Source of the DNA: Eubacteriales bacterium
GTDB taxonomy: Bacteria > Bacillota > Clostridia > Oscillospirales > CAG-272
Direction: 5' to 3'
DNA: 47,078 nt
Assembly: GCA_045652845.1 (NCBI GenBank)
Contig: JAZOLJ010000002.1
Coordinates: forward strand, 1 to 47,078
Under the pieces are notes generated by a model that was not told the origin of the DNA, ran no database searches, and saw nothing but the letters and a program-made list of their open reading frames with translations. Both the position numbers and the translations under genes were made by a program. How positions within the stretch are numbered: the first letter of the stretch is position 1; each line of letters starts with the position of its first letter. Shown here in pieces: positions 40,716 to 47,078 of this stretch.

Positions 40716-41567
40716 TCAGATCGTGCCGAGTGCCGCACCGATCACAGTGCCGAACTGGGCATTTTCGGGAATGATAAATTGAATGCCGAAGGTGCGCTCT
40801 AAAATTTCAAACACACGGCGGATGGGGGCAAGCGTGGTGAGATTGCCCGTTAGCACCACGCGGTCAAGACCGTAGCTGCGTGCCGCAAATACCGCAAGCA
40901 TGCCAACGGTCTCACCTACCATGTTGGCAATGCCAAGCGCAATATCGTTTTTATCGGCAAGGTCGCTCACCTTGCCAAAGTTAGAGGCGGTCAGCTCCAA
41001 ATTCATGTCAGGGTGCAGATTTTTCTTTGACATATCGCCAATGCGCAGGTCAATGTTGGCAAGATCGCCCTCGTGCGCCAGCTGCTCGATATGCTCCACC
41101 GTGTCAACGCCGAGCATCAGGCGCGAAAGACCGATCAGCGTGCCGCCGCCAACGCCCGTGCCGCCAAGATATTCAATGTCTACGTTGCCATCCTCCCGCT
41201 TTTTTGCATAGATCAGCGCAGTGCCCGTGCCCATGCTGACAACGATAGCCTCGTCAAGCCCCGAAAGGTAAAGTCCGCCGCGCCCCACACTGGCAAATTC
41301 GGGCACTACGCGGCAATCAAGCCCCTCGTAAAGCGGCTTTTCGGCAAAGGTGGAGCCAACGCCCGTCATCATGACGCGGTCAATATCGGCAAGCGAGAGC
41401 CCGTTTTCCATGGTGAACTTACCAAATGCACCGTAAATTGAGGTTAAGGGGTCGTTTGCATGCACAAATTGCGGCGCGATCAGCTCACGCACGCCGTTAT
41501 TTTTACGAAATCCAACGATTTTGGTGGCACTGCCACCTACGTCAATACCGAGTACGGCTTTTCCCAT
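40716..41567 (-). CDS. coaW: Type II pantothenate kinase (CoaW-like, ASKHA fold)
   Basis: VLGIDVGGSATKIVG, SMGTGTALIY, LGGTGVGGGTLIGLS, and a size of about 283 aa fit staphylococcal-type PanK-II. AAGGAGG lies 7 nt upstream of ATG 41567. Confidence 0.65.
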   Translation of the reverse strand: MGKAVLGIDVGGSATKIVGFRKNNGVRELIAPQFVHANDPLTSIYGAFGKFTMENGLSLADIDRVMMTGVGSTFAEKPLYEGLDCRVVPEFASVGRGGLYLSGLDEAIVVSMGTGTALIYAKKREDGNVDIEYLGGTGVGGGTLIGLSRLMLGVDTVEHIEQLAHEGDLANIDLRIGDMSKKNLHPDMNLELTASNFGKVSDLADKNDIALGIANMVGETVGMLAVFAARSYGLDRVVLTGNLTTLAPIRRVFEILERTFGIQFIIPENAQFGTVIGAALGTI

Positions 41568-41606
41568 TGTCAAGCCTCCTTAAAAGGAAAATTTCTTCTA
41601 AAGTTT

Positions 41607-41635
41607 ATTGTAGCACAGCCTTGCAAAAAAATCAA
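41607..41635 (-). promoter_or_regulatory. Sigma-A-type promoter for coaW (minus strand), overlapping the divergent HAD promoter
   Basis: On the minus strand: TTGATT, 17-nt spacer ending TGC, TACAAT. Confidence 0.55.
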
Positions 41636-41649
41636 GAGTGTGGTATGAT
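41621..41649 (+). promoter_or_regulatory. Sigma-A-type promoter (extended -10) for the HAD hydrolase gene
   Basis: TTGCAA (41621-41626), 17-nt spacer, TGgTATGAT (-10 at 41644-41649). Confidence 0.55.
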
Positions 41650-41677
41650 AATTAAAGTATAATGTATAAGGAGTGCA

Positions 41678-42508
41678 ATGTTTATGAACTTTAAAAACCC
41701 CGATATGAGCATTCTCAAGGATAAGGAGCTCTATATTTTCGACATGGACGGCACGATCTACCTCGGCTTTCAGGTATTTCCGTTTGCCATTCGCTTTATC
41801 AATCATCTGCGCGCCGCAGGCAAGCGCGTGCTGTTTTTCACCAATAACGCCTCGCACACCACGGCGTATTACGTAAACAAGCTTGAAAAGCTCGGCTTTT
41901 CGCCCCGCCCCGAGGAGATCATGACCTCGGGTGACGTTACCATTGAATATTTGAAGCGTCACCGCGCGGGCAAGACCGTGTATCTTGTCGGCACCGATGA
42001 GCTGGTAGAAAATTTCCGCGAAAACGAGATCCCGATGCTGCAGGGTAACGAGGCAAGTGCCGATATCGTGGTAACCAGCTTTGATACCACGCTGACCTAT
42101 GAAAAGCTCGATAACGCCTGCCGCCTGGTGCGCGGCGGTGCAGAGTATCTTTCAACCCACCCCGATTTTAACTGTCCCACCGAAACAGGCTTTATCCCCG
42201 ATAGCGGCGCGATCGCCGCGTTTGTCACCGCCTCCACGGGCAAAACGCCCACCTATTTTGGCAAGCCCTACAAGGAAACCATTGAAATGATCTGCGAGGC
42301 AACGGGCTACACCTGTGATCAGATGTGCATTTTCGGCGACCGTCTTTATACCGATATTGCCGTTGGCAAGCGTCACGGTGTCACGGCAGTCCTTGTGCTT
42401 TCGGGCGAAACCAAGATCGAGGATGTAGAAAAGGCGGAAGAAAAGGACCGTCCCGATTTCGTATTCCCGTCGCTTGACGAGGTAGATGGGGTAATTTACG
42501 GCAAATAA
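41678..42508 (+). CDS. HAD-IIA family phosphatase (NagD/YutF-like)
   Basis: FDMDGTIYLG (motif I), FFTNNAS, GKP, FGDRLYTDI (motif IV). About 275 aa. ATG 41684 is an alternative start. Confidence 0.85.
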   Translation: MFMNFKNPDMSILKDKELYIFDMDGTIYLGFQVFPFAIRFINHLRAAGKRVLFFTNNASHTTAYYVNKLEKLGFSPRPEEIMTSGDVTIEYLKRHRAGKTVYLVGTDELVENFRENEIPMLQGNEASADIVVTSFDTTLTYEKLDNACRLVRGGAEYLSTHPDFNCPTETGFIPDSGAIAAFVTASTGKTPTYFGKPYKETIEMICEATGYTCDQMCIFGDRLYTDIAVGKRHGVTAVLVLSGETKIEDVEKAEEKDRPDFVFPSLDEVDGVIYGK

Positions 42509-42514
42509 AAGCTT

Positions 42515-42542
42515 GGCGGGGGCTTGCTCCCGCCGCATTTTT
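42515..42542 (+). terminator. Weak hairpin plus T-run between the HAD gene and rqcH
   Basis: GGCGGG-ggcttgct-CCCGCC, then gcaTTTTT. The stem is short. Confidence 0.35.
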
Positions 42543-42559
42543 AAAGAAAGGAGCACGTT

Positions 42560-44323
42560 ATGGCATTTGATGCAGGCTTTCTCGCCGCTGTGGCGGCAGA
42601 GCTGAAAACGGTGGCGATCGGTGCCGCCATTGAAAAGATATACCAGCCCGAGCGTGATGCTATCGTGCTCGGGATGCGCACCTTTGCGGGTGGCAAGCGC
42701 TTGCTCATTAACGCAGGGTCGGCAAATCCGCGCATCGGATTTACCGAAATCCCGCTTGAAAACCCACAAAATCCGCCCCAGTTTTGTATGCTGCTGCGCA
42801 AGCGTCTGTCGGGCGCGCGCCTTTCTCGCGTGTGGCAGGAGGGCTTTGAGCGCGTGCTGGTTACCGAATGGGATACCCGTGATGAAATGGGCTTTCCCAC
42901 CAAGTGCCGCTTGATCGCCGAAATAATGGGCAAATACAGCAACCTGATTTTTACCGATGGGGAAGGAAGGATCGGTGCTGTGCTGCGCCCCGTGGACTTT
43001 ACCACAAGCACCCTGCGACAGGTGCTGCCCGGTATGCGCTATGAGCTGCCGCCCCCACAGGATAAAACCGACCCGAGAGCGGTTACAGCCGACCAATTTT
43101 TTAGGTTGCTTGAGGCAGGTGGCGATCGCCCTGCCGACAAATGGATCAGCGCAAGCTTTCTGGGTGTATCCGCCACGGTTGCGCGTGAGATTGCGTATCG
43201 CGCGGCAGGTGCTACCGATGCACTGCTCCCCACCGTTGACAAGCAAAAGCTTTTCTCGGTATTTTCCGCCATTTTTGCCGACGTGGCGGCAGAACGCTTT
43301 TCCCCTTGCCTTGTTATGGATGAAAAGGGAACGCCCCGCGAATACGCCTTTTTGCCCCTCACGCAGTACGGTGAGGTGCGTGGCTGTGATAGTCCATCCG
43401 CACTCCTTGATATTTGGTTTGGCACACGTGACCGCGAGGCGCGCGTAAAGCAGCGCGCCACCGATATTTTGCATCTTTTAAACAGCGCACGCACGCGTAT
43501 TTCGCGCAAGCTGGAGCTGCAACGCGCCGAGCTTGCCGCCTGTGAGCAAGCGGCTGCTTATAAGCGTATGGGCGATCTGATCGTTGCCAACTGCTATGCG
43601 CTGCAGCGTGGTGCTACCAAGGTAACGCTCACGGATTATGAGGATTATCGCGAGGATGGGAGCTTTGGCACGGTGGAGGTTGTGCTTGATGCGCGCCTAT
43701 CACCCACAGCCAACGCCCAACGCTATTATAAAAAATATACCAAAAGCAAAAATGCGCGTGTTGAGCTGACCCGTCAGATCGAGCTGGGTGAAGCGGAGCT
43801 TGCCTATCTTTTAACCGTGCAAACGGCACTGCAGACCGCCGAAACCCCCACCGACCTGCAGGAGATCCGCGAGGAGCTTTCGCGCAGCGGCTACGCTTCG
43901 CGCGTAAAAACCGCCGAGCGCAGGGGCAGGGGTACACCCACGCCCGCCTTTGCCGAATACCGTACCACCAACGGCTATCGCGTGCTCTGCGGCAAAAACA
44001 ATCTGCAAAACGAATATATCACGCATAAGCTTGCTGCCAAAAACGATTATTGGTTTCATGCCAAAAATAAGCCCGGCTCACACGTGGTAATGCTGCTTGA
44101 GGGCAAGCAGGAGCCGCCCGCCGCCGATTTTACCGAGGCGGCATCTATTGCGGCGATCTATTCTGCCGCCGAGGGTGCGCCTCTTACGGAGGTTGATTAT
44201 ACCATCGTGCGCAACCTAAAAAAAGCGCCGGGAGCAAAGCCCGGCTACGTGATCTATCACACAAACTGGAGCGCCGTGGTTTCCCCCGATAAGGAGGAGA
44301 TCGCAAGGCTTCGCATCAAATAA
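42560..44323 (+). CDS. rqcH: Ribosome quality control protein RqcH (NFACT / fibronectin-binding protein A family)
   Basis: MAFDAGFLAAVAAEL...IEKIYQPERDAIVL is an NFACT-N domain. A coiled-coil middle region follows. The C-terminus GYRVLCGKNNLQNEYIT...DYWFHAKNKPGSHVV is NFACT-R/DUF814. Confidence 0.9.
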   Translation: MAFDAGFLAAVAAELKTVAIGAAIEKIYQPERDAIVLGMRTFAGGKRLLINAGSANPRIGFTEIPLENPQNPPQFCMLLRKRLSGARLSRVWQEGFERVLVTEWDTRDEMGFPTKCRLIAEIMGKYSNLIFTDGEGRIGAVLRPVDFTTSTLRQVLPGMRYELPPPQDKTDPRAVTADQFFRLLEAGGDRPADKWISASFLGVSATVAREIAYRAAGATDALLPTVDKQKLFSVFSAIFADVAAERFSPCLVMDEKGTPREYAFLPLTQYGEVRGCDSPSALLDIWFGTRDREARVKQRATDILHLLNSARTRISRKLELQRAELAACEQAAAYKRMGDLIVANCYALQRGATKVTLTDYEDYREDGSFGTVEVVLDARLSPTANAQRYYKKYTKSKNARVELTRQIELGEAELAYLLTVQTALQTAETPTDLQEIREELSRSGYASRVKTAERRGRGTPTPAFAEYRTTNGYRVLCGKNNLQNEYITHKLAAKNDYWFHAKNKPGSHVVMLLEGKQEPPAADFTEAASIAAIYSAAEGAPLTEVDYTIVRNLKKAPGAKPGYVIYHTNWSAVVSPDKEEIARLRIK

Positions 44324-44338
44324 AGGGGAGGTGACCGT

Positions 44339-46447
44339 ATGGTACTCATTATCGCAGAAAAGCCAAGCCTTGCGCGCAATATTGCGGCAGGCATCGGCAA
44401 GCTCACCCGCCGCGACGGGTATCTGGAGGGTGAGGGGTATCTTATTACGTGGGCATTCGGTCATCTTTTTTCGCTTGCGGATATTGAAAGCTACGTGGGC
44501 GGCGAGCCGAGCGCGCGCTGGACTCTTGATAACCTGCCGTGTATTCCCGAAAAATTCCGCTTTGAGCTTCGCCGCGACCAAGATAAAAAGCGCGTGGATG
44601 CAGGCGTGCAAAAGCAGTTCAATATCATTGCCTCGCTTTGCAATCGCCCTGACGTTGATACCATCGTGAATGCAGGCGACGCCGATCGCGAGGGTGAGAT
44701 CATCGTGCGCCTTTGTGTGGAGCACGCACTCAAATCCCCCAAGGCGCAAAAACGCCTTTGGTTGCCTGACCAGACCCCCGAAACCGTTGCCGAGGCACTT
44801 CGCAATCTCGGTGATGCCGCAGAATATCAAAATCTTGCAAACGAGGGGCTGGCGCGCACCTATATCGATTGGCTTTACGGTGTCAATCTCACGCGCTATG
44901 CCACCATCAAATGCGGCACACTCTTGCGCGTGGGGCGCGTGATCGCACCCATTGTGCGCGCCGTTTACGAGCGCGATATGGCGATCCGCAATTTTGTGCC
45001 GGGTAAGTATCTGGTGCCCTATAGCAACGCCCAAACCAACGGCGAAGCCGTTGAGCTGACAAGCAAGCAAAGGCTTGACGATACGCCCGAGGGCAGGGAA
45101 AAGGCGGCGGCACTCTGTGCTGCCATGAATGAAGCAGGGGCAATCGTCAAATCCGTGAAGCGCAAAAAGGATACCCTGCAGCCGGGTAAGCTTTATTCGC
45201 TCTCCAAGCTCCAAAACGTGCTTGGCAAAAAATATAAAATGTCAATGGCAGATAGCCTTGCTATTATTCAAGGGCTTTACGAAAAGGGCTATCTCACCTA
45301 TCCCCGCACCAATTCCGAGTATCTTGCCACGGCAGAAAAGGATAAGATGCGCAAAATTATTGCGCAGTGTAAAAATCTTGGCTATGAGGTATGCTTTAAG
45401 GATAGTCCCAAGATCTTTGACGATAGCAAGATCGAGTCACACTCCGCCCTTACCCCCACCTATAAGATCCCCAAAAAGGGCGAGCTTTCCGAGCGTGAAA
45501 ATTTGGTTTACGCCACGGTATTCCGCCGCTTTGTGGCGGTGTTCTGTGCCGAGCCCTGTACCGCCGACCGCACCGAGATCACGGTTGCAGTAGGAGAAAT
45601 TGAGGAATTTTTACTTAAGGGCTTGGTTATCACCCAGCGCGGCTGGATGAAATACGACGATGCCACGCAAAAGGATAAGGTGCTTCCCAAGCTTTCAAAG
45701 GGCGACGTGGTGAATATTGCCTTTGCCCCCAAGGCAAAGGAAACCACACCCCCGAAGCATTATACCATCGAAACCCTTAACAATTATCTCAAAAACCCCT
45801 TCCGTGATGAAAAGGCAGCCGCCGAGGATGCCGTGGGGAGCGACGACAGTGAGGAGTATAAGGCAGTATTTGAGGGGCTTGAGCTTGGCACCGAGGCAAC
45901 GAGAACGGGTATTATCGACAATGCCCGTAAAAGTGGCTATATTGCCCTGAATAAAGATGTATATACCATTTTGCCCGGCGGCGAGTATCTTATTGAAAGC
46001 CTTGACAGGCTTGAAATTCGCATGGATAAGTTCCGCACCAGTGAAATGGGCAAGGCACTCAAAAGGGTGTTTCGCGGTGAAATGTCGGTAGAACAGAGCG
46101 TATCGCTTGCCGCAGCCGAGGTAAAGGAGGTCTTTGCCAAAAAGGAGCTGCCGATCGAGGAGGATACCGAGATCGGTGTTTACGGCGAGGAGGTAGGCAC
46201 TTGCCCCGTGTGCGGCAAGCGCGTGATCCGCGGCAAATTCAGCTACGGTTGCACGGGCTATAAGGAAGGGTGTGAGTTCCGCGTGAACACCTCCATTTGC
46301 GGCAGAGTGATCTCTACTGCCAACATGCGCCTTTTGCTTACCGAGGGTAAAACCTCAAAGATCAAGGGCTTTGTTTCAAAGAAAACAGGCAAGCCCTTTG
46401 ATGCCGCCCTGCGACTGCAGGAGGGGAAGGCGGTTTTTGACTTTTAA
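44339..46447 (+). CDS. topB: DNA topoisomerase III
   Basis: Toprim motifs LIIAEKPS and DADREGE. Active-site region GYLTYPRTNSEYL. C-terminal zinc-ribbon repeats CPVCGKRV...YGCTGYKEGCEF. Starts 15 nt after rqcH, with a GGGGAGG RBS. Confidence 0.9.
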   Translation: MVLIIAEKPSLARNIAAGIGKLTRRDGYLEGEGYLITWAFGHLFSLADIESYVGGEPSARWTLDNLPCIPEKFRFELRRDQDKKRVDAGVQKQFNIIASLCNRPDVDTIVNAGDADREGEIIVRLCVEHALKSPKAQKRLWLPDQTPETVAEALRNLGDAAEYQNLANEGLARTYIDWLYGVNLTRYATIKCGTLLRVGRVIAPIVRAVYERDMAIRNFVPGKYLVPYSNAQTNGEAVELTSKQRLDDTPEGREKAAALCAAMNEAGAIVKSVKRKKDTLQPGKLYSLSKLQNVLGKKYKMSMADSLAIIQGLYEKGYLTYPRTNSEYLATAEKDKMRKIIAQCKNLGYEVCFKDSPKIFDDSKIESHSALTPTYKIPKKGELSERENLVYATVFRRFVAVFCAEPCTADRTEITVAVGEIEEFLLKGLVITQRGWMKYDDATQKDKVLPKLSKGDVVNIAFAPKAKETTPPKHYTIETLNNYLKNPFRDEKAAAEDAVGSDDSEEYKAVFEGLELGTEATRTGIIDNARKSGYIALNKDVYTILPGGEYLIESLDRLEIRMDKFRTSEMGKALKRVFRGEMSVEQSVSLAAAEVKEVFAKKELPIEEDTEIGVYGEEVGTCPVCGKRVIRGKFSYGCTGYKEGCEFRVNTSICGRVISTANMRLLLTEGKTSKIKGFVSKKTGKPFDAALRLQEGKAVFDF

Positions 46448-46517
46448 GGATCTCATTGGGCAATTCCCGTGCGGCGATATAAGATTTGCAGAGCAAGCAA
46501 TATCCACTCTTCCGCTT

Positions 46518-47078
46518 TTAAGAGTTAATGTAGGAAATGCCGTAGCTTTTTGCGTAGCTTTCGGCATACGAGCCGGCGGGGCAGATCACGGTTACGCCGT
46601 TGCAGCCGTCAAACACTGCGTGCCCAATGCTGGTGATGCTGGCGGGTAGCGTAATGTCTAACAGGGAAGCACAATCGTAAAAGGCAAACCAGTCAATGCT
46701 TTCCGTGCCCTCGGGCACGGTCACTGCGGCAAGCGCGGTGTTGCCCTCAAACGCGCGCTCACCTATTTTTTTCACGGGATAGCCGTCAAGAGTGGCGGGA
46801 ATTTGCACCAGTGTGCAAGAGCCCTCAAAGCCCGTCACGGTCGCACCGCCGTTTTCTACACGGTAATGAAAAATCATAGAGCTGCTGCCCGTTCCGTTTC
46901 CCGTGTTGCCTTGTCCCGTGAGGATAGATAGCTGTGCCTTTAGCCCCTCTATCTCCTGTGTGAGGGCACTTTCCTTTATGTAGCTTTCTTCCTTTGTCTT
47001 TTGCAGCTCGCTTTCAAGCTCTGCAATGCGGGCAAGATTTTTTGCCTCGGTGTCGCTTGTGTCACCGTCCGTTGGCGG
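46518..47078 (-). CDS. BspA-type leucine-rich-repeat protein, 5'-partial (N-terminus lies beyond the window end)
   Basis: The minus-strand frame of the 119-aa ORF stays open for all 67 codons up to nt 47078: PPTDGDTSDTEAKNLARIAELESELQKTKEESYIKESALTQEIEGLKAQLSILTGQGNTGNGTGSSS-M.... The C-terminal part (IPATLDGYPVKKIGERAFEGNTALAAVTVPEGTESIDWFAFYDCASLLDITLPASITSIGHAVFDGC) is the LRR_5/BspA pattern. Confidence 0.7.
   Translation of the reverse strand, partial: PPTDGDTSDTEAKNLARIAELESELQKTKEESYIKESALTQEIEGLKAQLSILTGQGNTGNGTGSSSMIFHYRVENGGATVTGFEGSCTLVQIPATLDGYPVKKIGERAFEGNTALAAVTVPEGTESIDWFAFYDCASLLDITLPASITSIGHAVFDGCNGVTVICPAGSYAESYAKSYGISYINS

Noticed and set aside
42152-43474. 440-aa minus-strand ORF opposite the HAD/rqcH genes, and the 332-aa ORF at 44216-45214 opposite topB
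   Set aside because: Both overlap two well-supported sense genes, and one spans an intergenic SD region. There are no recognisable domains. They are antisense artefacts.
1-47078. Looked for mobile elements, prophage remnants, toxin-antitoxin pairs, restriction-modification or other defence genes, and tRNA/rRNA genes
   Set aside because: No integrase, transposase, recombinase, terminal-repeat-bounded cassette (other than the small 22861-22979 element), methyltransferase/endonuclease pair or small adjacent ORF pair was evident. All intergenic gaps are under 300 nt and are accounted for by promoters and terminators. None shows tRNA-like cloverleaf potential on inspection.

Overview
This is a 47-kb chromosomal window from a moderately GC-rich, spore-forming Firmicute. 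The Clostridia-like assignment is an inference from a pro-sigma-K-like sigma factor, a GerA-family protein, MecA, GGAGG-type ribosome-binding sites and TTGACA/TTGCAA-N17-TATAAT promoters. Most of the window is housekeeping. It holds a sporulation sigma factor, a PPi-type phosphofructokinase, two PH-domain-like membrane proteins, an orphan GerA/SpoVAF-like protein, and an AEC transporter with a family-4 uracil-DNA glycosylase. It also holds an SGNH esterase, MecA, a PD-(D/E)XK nuclease fused to an XPD/DinG-type Fe-S helicase, an aminotransferase and a TIGR01212-type radical SAM protein. A compact, translationally coupled dcw cluster follows: mraZ-rsmH-ftsL-like-PBP-murE-murF-mraY-ftsW-murG, then ftsZ behind its own promoter. 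No murD, murC, ddl, ftsQ or ftsA is present in that cluster. The remaining genes are alaS, a type II pantothenate kinase, a HAD-IIA phosphatase, rqcH, topB and a 5'-partial BspA-type LRR protein. I saw no rRNA or tRNA genes, CRISPR arrays, transposases, integrases or phage genes. The stand-out is a three-member paralogous family of exported proteins that I cannot assign to a characterised family. One member is a 1831-aa secreted protein (6045-11540) with a beta-helix-like N-terminus and about 19 [IV]-x-G-G-x-F repeats, including a nearly perfect recent 147-bp-period duplication. The other two are tandem, AT-richer lipoprotein genes (35836-40604). All three share a roughly 800-aa module: two related alpha/beta units, a DFPRP domain, and a metallo-beta-lactamase-fold domain with a complete HxHxDH-type ligand set. 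Smaller items are a nested inverted repeat/terminator inside the dcw operon, 10-bp-phased direct repeats downstream of the mraZ promoter, a 20-bp perfect hairpin in the mecA leader, and a 17-nt tandem duplication of RBS plus start codon that creates a 6-codon uORF. All calls come from reading the sequence and the ORF translations. No database search was run, so family names are recollection-based.
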